Below are positions 52,965 through 64,000 of a stretch of 64,000 nt of DNA, one piece after another; the first letter of the stretch is position 1, and the number at the start of each line of letters is the position of its first letter. The notes below the pieces were generated by a model. That model made no database searches. It saw only the letters and a list, made by a program, of their open reading frames with translations, and was not told where the DNA came from. The translations under genes and the position numbers were made by a program. The stretch comes from the human T2T-CHM13v2.0 reference genome, Homo sapiens: the NCBI RefSeq assembly GCF_009914755.1, contig NC_060937.1; one strand, 5' to 3'.

Positions 52965-54982
52965 TTTTCTATGCTCAACATTGTATTTCACCCAGCTTTT
53001 AAGCTTGGTTATTTCAACCTCAAAAATGCCATCTTCTTACTTACACATACATTATTTAAGACCTCCCTTTAAACTGATGAAATTTTATTTCAACGAATAT
53101 AGATTGGACCTGACAGAAACATAATGTATACTTGAATTAAACAGCTTTAATCATGCTTTTTCACTATGCTGGCAACTAACCTTGACCAGGCATGTGGAAC
53201 AACTTAGTAAGGTTTTAAAATCACTTGAAGTTTTATCATATTGAAACAGAAGGCTAGTAATGCCAAAGTCAAAATAATCATTGTTATTTCTGGTAAACAT
53301 AATCAAAGCATTAAAATGAGTGAAGATGAAAAGTGTAGTGAGATAGACGAAGATATCATTTTCAATAAATATCAAATATAGTTAAACTAGGTATTACATG
53401 AACACTGACCTCAAAAGAGTATGTCCAGTGGTTTAAAATTAATATTTTTAAAGTCAGCGAAGTTTTTTTATATTTTAGTAAGGATGATTTGATTATACTA
53501 TAAAATAACTACTTTATCTACAAATGAATTAATTTTCACACAAAGGGTTTAAAGCAATTGAAGACAACTAATCCAAAAACAACTTGCAAATTTATTGGCT
53601 ATGGTCCTAGACATGTTTATAAGCCTCTGGTTTACTATTGGTTTGTAATATTGTATACTATTATTAGTACTTATGAATAATTGCATATGTATGTTAACCT
53701 ACATAATTTATTCATTGTCATACATTTCATTAAATATCAGGAATTCAGTTCATGACAGAATTGCTTTGTTTTTAATTAAAGTAAGGGTAATATAGTAAAG
53801 ATTATTTTATAATGATTGAACAAAAAATCTTTTTATGAATGTGTAGATAATCCATTAATACTATAGCTTTTAATTGTAATATTATCTGATGATTGATTAC
53901 CTGTGAATTAAAGTAACCAAATGTAGACTTCTTTCAACTTTAATTATTTTGGTCTAAATCATCTTTTTCACAAAATTATGGAATGTGCTTGCTTTTTAAA
54001 AAAATTACAAGCATTCTAATTACATATTTTCTCCAAACAAATTCACATTGTATTTCTGAAAAGAATAGCTAATATGACATAACCTGTGTACTCCAAAAAC
54101 ATCACACAAGTGACTGACCAGAATCCTCAGGGCTTCTGACTTATTTATGATTGCTAATTGAACAATACACTTCCTCTGGGCAGAAAATGGTGTTTTTATG
54201 GTTACATGATAGTTTTTGTCTTTGTTTTCTTCTCATTTAATTGTTATTTATCAAATTGATGTTCCAAGTGGTCATTTTTTGTTAAACATATTTTAAAAGA
54301 TCTGGTGGGCAATGGCATTAGTTTTACAGTTCTTAAAAAGCAAAATATTGTCTTACTAAAGAAGAATATCAGTTTAATCTATGTTTTTCTTCCTAACCTC
54401 ACTGAAAAGAAAAATGACCTATGACTTCTGATCATCAAGCCACTTATTCAATATTCTTCCACTTACAAGGTCTCTCAATAATTATAATCTAGTAATTATT
54501 CCTCGCTTAAATTTATCAAATTCTATTTAATACTACATAAATTGAGCAGCCATAGCAGCCATAAGGTCTTACCTGCAAGCTTTATACAAGTTTAATCCCT
54601 AAATTCTAAAGATCTCAATCAGGGTAATTCATGTAACTACTGGTGCCTGATATTATTGAAAGTTATAGAACCAAACTAGGCTTCCAAAAAATTGGGCTTA
54701 GATGAACTCTTTTATGTCCTTATTCTTTTAATTTGCAGAAAGATCAAAATCTTTATATCACAAGTTCTCAATATCTGCAAACTGTGCTAGGACAGTCTTC
54801 ACATTTGCCACAATAATCTCAGTTTGGCAGAATAAAGACAAATTTAATAACAGCTTTGAAGTTTGAGCAGTTCCACGCAGTATGTTACAACAATGTTAAT
54901 GGAAGAAATGTAGAAAATAAATAAGTAAAACTGTACTGAATATTCATTCTTCAAATAACCAATGTGAGTCAGAAAGAGGTTT

Positions 54983-55296
54983 ATTTGTGTGTTTGTTTGT
55001 TTGTTTGTTTGTTTGAGATGGAGTCTCTCTTTGTCGCTCAGGCTGGAGTGCAGGGGTGCAATCTTGGCTCACTGCAGCCTCTGCCTCCTGGGTTCAAACG
55101 ATTCTCCTGCCTCAGCCTCCTGAGTAGCTGGGATTACAGGCATCCACCACCACACCCAGCTAATTTTTGTATTTTTAGTAGAGATGGGGTTTCACCATGT
55201 TGGTCAGGCTGGTCTCAAACTCCTGACCTCAGGTGATCTAGCTCCCTTGGCCTCCCAAAGTGCTGGGATTACAGGCATCAGCCACCACACCTGGCC
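54983..55296 (-). mobile_element. AluSx-like with (TTTG)n tail
   Basis: gagatggagtctc...ggttcaaacgattctcctgcctcagcc...cctgacctcaggtgatc...gccaccacacctggcc. Confidence 0.95.
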
Positions 55297-55399
55297 CTCA
55301 GAATTAGTATTTTGATGTTGGAAATCTTCTTCAGCCCTAGTGACTTTTGTAAAAGTCCTACTGTTATTTCCGGTGACTTATTTTACTCAGATTTTCACT

Positions 55400-55500
55400 T
55401 ATTTTATATATATGTATTATAATATGTATTATATATATATTTCATTTGTAAATGTATGTATAATTTATTATACATACATATATATAATTCATTTAATACT
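55400..55500. repeat. AT-rich (TA)n low-complexity tract
   Basis: ttatatatatgtattataatatgtattatatatatat... Confidence 0.8.
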
Positions 55501-55948
55501 TAAATGATATTTTTATATGCAAGGCCCTATGCTAACTGCTTAAGATACAAATGCAGAAATGCAGCCATAGCCTCCACTATGATTCTGCTTGAAATCTAGT
55601 ATTAATAGAAAAGAATTTCCTTCAGTTATTGTTGAGAAACCTCTAATATAACATCTTTTGATACAATGATGAGAATACATAGATGTAAAGCCAAGTTTTG
55701 CAAGTTTCATTTTACTCCACCAGCCCTTCAAACATAGATTTGGAAGCAAATATGTAAAAATGGTGAGAAAATTGCTCATTTTCAAACTCTAATTAGCATG
55801 GTTTTCTCTGCATAAGAAGAAAACTGAGGAATTGACAAATTCATCACATTGGTAAAGCTAAACCTAATTTTAAAGTTTTATTTGAATTGTCTGACTAATT
55901 CACTTGTAACTGCGTGTTATTTTAAATTTCCTTAATGTATTTTTTTTT

Positions 55949-58900
55949 CAAGATGTCTGAATATGAACATCAGATGCCAGTTCTCCTCAAAAGAAGACCA
56001 AAGTTACAGGTGAATGGTCATGATCTGAATTGAAAACTGAGGAAAGAGAGCCAGGATCTGTCAGAAAGCCCACAGGTAGAGGCTGGGGCATAGAAAACAA
56101 AAGTAGCAAGAACCTGGCTATGATTGACCCCAAGAGAACTTGAAGTCCTGCAGAAGGGTAGGCAGGGATGCTTCTCAACTCCTTTTACTCTTGTAACAAA
56201 CTGCTGACTGCCAAATTGTCAGAGAGCCCCTCTGGCCTCATGATACCAGGCAATGCTGTTAGTGGAGATTTGGGAACTTCCTGGAGAAAGAGGACTGGGT
56301 GGCCAGTTCATTCTTGTGCACCCACACTCCCCTCAGACATGAACTGAGACCAATTGTGCACCCATTGTGGGCCAGTGCCCTGCACAGAGAACTCAGCTCT
56401 TGAGTTGCAGCATCACCATATCCCTCACAAACATAGCCCACAACTTGCTCTGACTTTGGCAGGCACAGGGAACCTGAAGGACCTTGGGGAGCTGTGGGGT
56501 TTCTTAAGACCTAGTCCCACACATGGGTCACCCCTAGAGGAAGGGGCAGTGCAGCCCATCAAAGCCTCCTTTGGGATAAAAGAAACATGCCCGCAGTGCC
56601 AATTGCTGAATGAGGCAGCATTGGTAGCTAGGAGCAGAGGTGAAGAGGGGATTATCTCCTGCTCCTCCCATCCACTATTGTGGATGCAGCAGAGACTTTC
56701 CCCTCTGGGGGCTGGCATGAGCACACATGATGGAGACAGTTTTCCCAGCACTTTTCGTGGCAGCTATATGCCCACTGAAAGGAAGCATACCCCACCCAGG
56801 CTTACATGAAGGACAGGGCCCATCTCCTTTTTCCTATGCAGAGCAGCAGCATCCTGGAAACACAGGGCGGACAACCTGCAGAGCTGTCTGCTCTGAACAG
56901 GGAAAGAGGCTCTGCCCTGAGGCCATTTCAGTGGTAGCCACCAGAAGGGTGTTTCAATGGGCCTCATTTGCACTGTAGCTAGGAATCAAATGAAAATGTC
57001 TACATAAACTGAAGGTCATAAGTCCTGTCATAGGGGTGTAATAGGGAAGTGGATTGCATTCCTGCTGGCCCAGGATGACGTACAGGTGCAGCCCTCCAAC
57101 TTACTTCTATCTCTGAGACCTCAGAGCAATCCAACACAAACTTCTCCTGCCATGTCATCAGAGCTGTTGCCTCCACTCATTATCAGACTACTGGACCGTA
57201 AGCCGGGTCTTACTCGTAATCACCACCTACTGGACTAGAGACTGAACTGCACCACCAAATAAAAAACCTGCTATCAGAAAGGCAAAGTGCTAGCATATGA
57301 GATAAGCTTCCAGAAACCGCCGCACTCCCAGCCATGCAGAAGATAATGTGTTGACTCATAGACCCCATATATCACTATAACAAGCAGCATTTTAAAAAGC
57401 CAATATGCAAAAACTATCCTAAGCAAGTTATCCATATAGTGAATTGGTCCCCTGAAAGCATACACAAATGAAGCCAAATGATCATATATAAAATAGACCA
57501 CAGTCATACCCTCAAGAGGAAAAAAATTTTAAAAAGTAAAAATTCCATCTTCATGAAAATGGGACTTCTTTCATATCAAAAATAAGATATGAAAACTCCT
57601 TCAGATGAGACAGAATCAGTATAAAAACTCTGGTAATTCAAAAAACAAAGACTGTTGTGACACTTACACACAATAACACAGGATAACACGAACTTTCGAG
57701 CAATGGATCCTAACCAAAATGAAAAATCTTAAATAATAATAGGGAATTCAAAATATGGATTATAAGAAAGCTCAGTGAAATCCAGGATGAAACTGAAAAC
57801 CAACACAAAAATAATTTAAAAATAATAATTCAAGATCTGAATGACACAGCTATATTAAAAAAAAAAACAGAACTTCTGGAAGTGAAAAAAAATTCTAAAG
57901 GAAGTTCAAAATACAGCTGAAAGCTATAGACTAGACAAAGCACAAGAATGAATTTTAGATCTAGAAGACCAGTCTTCAGAATTAATCCAATCAAATATAA
58001 ATAAGGGGAAAAAAAAGTGAACAAAGCCTATGTAAAGAAAGGAAACCTAAGACTTATAAGCATTCCTAAGGACAAAAAAAAGTAACTAATTTAGAAAACA
58101 TATTTGAGAGACTAATTCAGAGAAATTATGTGATCTTGCTAGGGAGATAGACATCCAGGTACAAGAAATTCAGAGAACATCTGTGAAATACTATACAGTG
58201 TGAACATAACCAAGGCAAACAGTCATCAGACTATCCAAGGTCAAGACCACCTATGAAAGAAATCCCATCAGACTAAAAGCAGACTTATCAGTAGAGCCAT
58301 TACAAGCAAGAAGAGATTAGGGGCCTATGTTTAGCTTTCTTAAAGAAAATAATGCCAACCAAGGATTTCGTTTTCTGTCAAACTATGCTTCATAAATAAA
58401 GGAGAAATAAAGTCTTTCCCAAATGAGTGGAAATTTGTTATCACTACACCGTTTCTATAAGAAATGCTCAAAGGAGTCTAAACATAGATACAAAAGAACA
58501 ATACTCACTACCAGAAAAAGACAATACTCACATGTAAGAACAAAGTTCATAGATCCTATAAAACAATTATACAATTAAGCCTACAAAGCAAATAGCTAAC
58601 ACGTCATAACAGAAACAAAACCTCACATATCAATATTAACCTTGAACAAAATGGCTTAAATGCTCCACTTAAAAGATGTAGATTGGCAAATTGGATTAAA
58701 AAAAAAAAAAAAGAATGACCCAATCGTCTGCTGCTTACAAGAGATCCATATAATGAGTAAAGACACCCACAGGCTCAAAGTAAAGGGTAGCAAAAGATAC
58801 ATCACACAAATGGAAAACAAAAAAAGATCAGGAGTCATTATTAATAAATACCCACTAGATCTAAGAAAAGCAATAAACTGCCATACAATAATAGTGAAGG

Positions 58901-59323
58901 ATTTCAACACCCCACTGACTGCACTAGACAAATCAGCAAGGCAGAAAGCTAACAAAGAAACTCAGACATAAATAGGACTCTTGACCAAAAGGCGCTAATA
59001 GACATCTACAGAACATTCCACCCAGCAACTCCAGAATACACATTTTTCTCATCTATGCGTGGAACATTCTCTAAAATTGACCAAACACTTGGCCATAAAG
59101 CAAGTCTCAATAAATTCAAAACAATGAAATAATATCAAATATCTTCTCAGATCACAGTGTAATAAAATTAGAAATCAGTAGCAAGAAGAACTCTCAAAAT
59201 TACACAAGGACCTGGAAACTAAACAACTTGCTCCTGAGTGACTTTTGAGTAAACAATGAAATTAAGGCAGACATCAAAAATATTTTGAAACAAATGACAA
59301 TAGAGATACATCCCCAAATCTCT
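55949..59323 (+). mobile_element. L1PB/L1MA-type 5' half (5'UTR, ORF1, start of ORF2), 3'-truncated
   Basis: caagatgtctgaat start; GC-rich 5'UTR; ORF1 from atgagacagaatcag (57605); ORF2 EN remnants (CCLQEIH, IVKDFNTPLTALD); ends at ..gaaacaaatgacaatagagataca. Confidence 0.88.
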
Positions 59324-59409
59324 ACCAGACTAGGAAAAAAATAAAATGAATTTCCTTAATGCCTTATATTTATTTATATATGAATGAATGAGAAGGCTAT
59401 ACGTCATAT

Positions 59410-60370
59410 ATAAAGATCTGATATGGCAACAATGTTAGAAAACAATATAGCACTGTCTTCAACATTCTGATGGAAGTATTAATATATTTTTAACCTAGAC
59501 TCTAGTTAACTGTGAGGATAAAGTAAAACCTTCTTCAAACAGGCAAGTTCTGAAAAAAACAAAATCCTCCCATAGATTATGTCTAGGAACTACAGATAAA
59601 TGTGATCTGACAAAACAGAGGAGTAAAGCAAGAAATAAGATATAAAACTAGGGCAGGGAAAGAATCCACCAAAGAAGAAAGGGATAGGAGACTCCCAACA
59701 TTAAGATATAACAGAGTTTAAAGGCTGAGAGCTGAGCAACAAGCCTAGAAAACAATTCAGAACAGACCAAAAGGAAGAAGGATTTTGGGAGAAGCATCTC
59801 CATCTCTAGGAAAAAAAATAAAACAAATCTGACATGAATTTATTCCATTCTCCGTAGAGATACAATGTTTTTTAAGTCTTTTGTGTTTTTATGGATAAAT
59901 TCAAATAGAAAAAAAAGTAAACTAAAAACTTTGAGATTAAGACGACAATGCCTCAATTAAGTACCACGTAAGAAAGGAAATATAACCATAGAACAGTAGC
60001 AAAATGTTCATAGATATAACAAACCCCAAATATTTCACAAAAATAAGATAAAATGATATAGCAATAATGAGGATGGGAAAACAAGATGTGTGTCCGGGTG
60101 TGGGAGTGAGGGGTTATATATTAGGTTGAGGAAATCCTAATTTTCCATAAAATGCTAGTTTTTCATAAAAAGAAATAGATTATTTTGTTTACTGAAGAAT
60201 CATGAAATTAGAGAGTATGTTTTTTAGTGGGCTAATTGGAAAAGAATAAAATAAAAAACAAATAATAGTGTTGCAGTGATTGACTCTAGCATGAAGTGGA
60301 GTGGGGGACTGACAACAATTTGGTTGTAAGCATTATAGTATTATCTTCAATAACATAATGTTTTATTGTT
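59410..60370 (+). mobile_element. HAL1 (half-L1)-like element
   Basis: gcactgtcttcaacattctga...caaaacagaggagtaaagcaagaaataaga...agctgagcaacaagcctagaaaacaattcag resembles the HAL1 ORF1 end/3' region. Confidence 0.6.
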
Positions 60371-63289
60371 AGAATAACAAATGGATTTAAAATAAAATGA
60401 GTGACTTCATATTTTTAAAATATATTTGAGAAAATGACTTCAGCATATTCTTATTAGGAAAAGTTTCCAGATAAACAAAATGTAATAATGTGTCCTTTAG
60501 TAGATATTTCTATTATGATTTATGTCATATGTGAGGCCATCAGAAACGGAGAGAATGGAATGGCCTGAATTTCCAAGCTATGATAAGGCAATACTCAATT
60601 ATTGTGGAATAAATGAAATGCTAAAAGAATCTAATAATGAGGCTCCTCATGTCTTGATGAGAGAAATAGTTTTGGTTTGCAGGTTGGGCAGAGGTAGAGC
60701 CGACTATATGTTTGCCCAATTTTTTGTTACACTGAATCTCACCTACTCTTTGTATTTGGGCAAAACGCTCATGAAACCTGCCATGATGTGCTCTTTGTAG
60801 GGTAGCAGGTGGAGGGTAGAAGGTGGGAACAAAGAAAAAAAAACAGAGTTGACCAACCTGCAGAGGCACAGAAGGGTAAAATCTAGTTGGTTTATTTTAC
60901 CTTTTAGAAACTGAAGTGAGAGTGGATAGGAGAGTGAAAATAGACCAAAACTCTTACTTTATTCCAATAAAATGTAAAAGAAAGATAAAATATTTTCAAA
61001 AGGAGTTTTACAAGATTGTACTGTTTTTATAAATTCTTCCTATAATATGTTCATATATAGAGAATATACTATTTAATCTCAAATTTACATCATGATAAAC
61101 ACATAAAATGTTACATTAAAATTTGCAGCTTTTATAACACATTTGATTAAAAGTAACAGATTCAAGTGCTTGTTACTTTGCCTCTTAAATAGGTCTTGGG
61201 GAAAAGAATTCATTAGAAATGTCACTGGAAAGAAACTGTTGATATATGCTACTGACTTCTGCCACCCATGCAATTGCTTATACAACATGGCAATAAAAAC
61301 AAATAAAAGAACAAAATACAAAATACAAAGTCTGACAGTCTTTTAGGAAACTGGGAGCTAGAATGTGACATACATATGTCATAATAATTTTTCACAGTTT
61401 ACAGAATAACAGTTTCCAATGTAGTTTCCCCAGTTGATTTTTCTTAATCCAAACTACAATAATAGAGTATTATTTTCCTAATGATATTTTCACATTTCTA
61501 AATGAAGAGAGTGTGGTTAAATGCAATTAAATGGTCTTCTCAAGACTGCTAAACTTATGATGTCAACCATCATAAGGTAAATCTAGTTATGATTTTAATT
61601 ACATATAGCCTGTATTTTAATAAAGTCAACATGTCTGGCAAAACTTATTTAAAAGAAAATATGAAGGTGTTCCCTGTGAAATAAAAATTATCACTTAATA
61701 TTTAAGTCATTTTCATATATAAAATATGCTTAAAATATTATTTCTGCTTCAATATGTCAAGTAATTATTATACATTTGAAATTTCATGAGCTATCACATT
61801 AGCTGAATTAGTGTCACACCTAAGTCACACATGAGAATCACCAAATACAATACATACAGTGCCCTAAAATGGGAAATTGATACAATTTTACTGTCATTAA
61901 AAAACATTTATCTGAAAATCTACTTCCAATATAACTATTACCAAAATTATTAATAATATAAACTATACTGAATTTAAATACCCTTGCAAAATTTGAAAAT
62001 TTTGATAGGCCTAATAGGAAGCTGGTTTTTCCCTTTGTGAATTAAAAATTTCTCAATTTTTCATGTTGGAATAGACACACAAGGATAATGCTGAATCGAT
62101 GTACTTTTTAAAGAATATAACGAACTGTATGACGTTACGGATTTTTATGACATTTGTAGAATGGTTTCATATTTTTAAGATAAATAGCCTAACAAGGTGC
62201 ACTAAACCTCCCTTTGTTTCACATCAAATATGAGGGAAGAAAGCACAGCCAGACATAGCCATGATGGAGAGAAGAATCAAAGCACTTTTAACAATGTGAA
62301 TTCCAGATTCACAAAGACCCAACAGAAGACTTTGTGGAAAAGCTGAAAGCCTGTGTTCGTTCACCTTTGCTTTTATAAGTCTCTGAGGAGATCTGTCTTG
62401 GATTGATTGAGTTTCAGAAAGCCCAGTGTGCTCGTGAGTGTTGTAAAACCAGATCCTCCCTGTCTCTTAGGATGTAACATATCCCTAAACCTTTGCTTGT
62501 GGTACTAGAGCCAAAGACAATTATTCAGAATCCTTCCGGGCTTCTGAAGGAAAAGGCTAGAGATAGATGACAAATAGCATGCTGCTGAAGTACAAATGTT
62601 GATGAACTGATAATGACTGAGACACCATGTCAAGAAGACTTCTTCAGTTCATTCTTCCCACAGCTGGAAAACATGCAGTTACCAATTAGGCATCATTTGT
62701 GTTGTTTATTTGCCAATTCTGAGCTATATTATTCTGAAACCTCAAATTTCTTAGAGGCCTTAATGGTTGTATGGGCTGTATCATAAAAGCGTAGCCATGT
62801 ATAACATAATGTAAGGAAAACCAAAATTTTTCTCACTACTAAATTTCAATCATTCGGTAGTTCCACCATTTATGGTTTCATTAATTAGAAATATAAAGCT
62901 TCTATTATTATGTGATACTACCTAAGATGGTCAACATAGGAAGCACTGGAATTATTTTGATACTAAATTTGCTTTTCATATAATTTAGGCATCCTCTTAG
63001 CAGAATTCACTGGTAACAAGTCCATAAACTGCTTACTCTATATGCTATTCCACAGAGGGGTAAGATGAATGCAAAGTGTTCACTACAGATGAGAGCTGGG
63101 GAGCAATATGGGAAGAAGGGGATAACGTAAGGGAAGACCAACTGAAGATAATCTCTGGGATAAGCCACAAGAAACCTCCCCTCAAGTTTACCTCAAATAC
63201 TTGGACTGACATCAATAGAACTCCACATTCTCTGGAAATCTTTTATCTCTCAAATAATCGATTGGGTTTTTATGCTATTTGATCACAAT

Positions 63290-63790
63290 TTCCCACCATT
63301 GCGACTCCATATATCTCTAACACGTTTGTTCTTTTATCTCACTTGGACTTTGTTCTTTTGATCCCTAATCTGTCTCACTCTCACGTCTCTTTTCTTATTC
63401 TCCCTCCTTTTTCTATCTAATAATTATCACTTAAATGACTCAAGTTGCTAACATACTCAAATAATTTGCCCTTTTGCTCTTCCACTTCATTCATCTAGCA
63501 AAACCGCCCCTCTGGATTGAAATAACTGTTATTAATGATACAGTAAATAGCGGAGCAAGGGAAGTTCACAAGCAATGAAAACTTATAGTTTTTATGTCTC
63601 TGATTACATTTGGGATCCCAGCCTTGCCCTGCATTAACTCCTCCAATCTCTTAACTTTTAATTTGAGCATCTTTTTTTCCTTCCATCTGTGCCATCCCTT
63701 TCCTCAGAAGGAAATTTTTAAAAACACCAGATGAGAACCCACTCAACTTTCTGCCATCAAACCCATAATCGTACCCTTCTCTGAAAATCT
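63290..63790 (+). mobile_element. L2 internal fragment, highly decayed
   Basis: atcactt...gttgctaacatactcaaat..ttgccc...gcaaaaccgcccctctggat...gagaacccactcaactttctgcc. Confidence 0.45.
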
Positions 63791-64000
63791 TATTAGGGTT
63801 TTCTATGTATCTGGATGTTGATTAGTGAAGGAGACATTGGCTGGAAGGGGAATGACGTTGAATTTTCCCGCAGAGCCCATCTCGGCCATGTTACCACAAT
63901 CATGGCTATAGCCCAGTCATGGTGCTGATGCTGGGAACATTTAATTTTTGTTTACAAACCACGTCAGAACCAAAACTATTCTGACAACTTCAATATTCTC

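Noticed and set aside
55987-57507. ORFs up to 151 aa
   Set aside because: L1 5'UTR sequence; not host coding.

Overview
AT-rich primate (human-like) genomic DNA dominated by interspersed repeats: about 13 Alu elements or monomers, many L1s (one near full-length decayed L1PA7/8-type copy at ~30.9-37.1 kb), L2, MIR, MaLR/ERV solo LTRs, hAT/Tigger MITEs and microsatellites. I recognise no host protein-coding exon, RNA gene or CRISPR array. The supplied ORFs are L1 ORF1/ORF2 remnants, Alu/LTR/L1-5'UTR read-throughs or chance ORFs. The window reads as a large intron or gene-poor region. The most notable structure is an apparent ancient L1PB 3' transduction at 46400-46820: an L1 tail plus a captured MLT1 LTR fragment inside one target-site duplication (TSD). 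Also present are two L1 5' inversions of the twin-priming type, microhomology deletions, orphan L1 5' ends, an inverted Alu cluster and a few weak splice-site/exon candidates. I found no convincing new biological system. Subfamily names come from remembered consensus diagnostics, boundaries are approximate, and both need RepeatMasker/Dfam confirmation.
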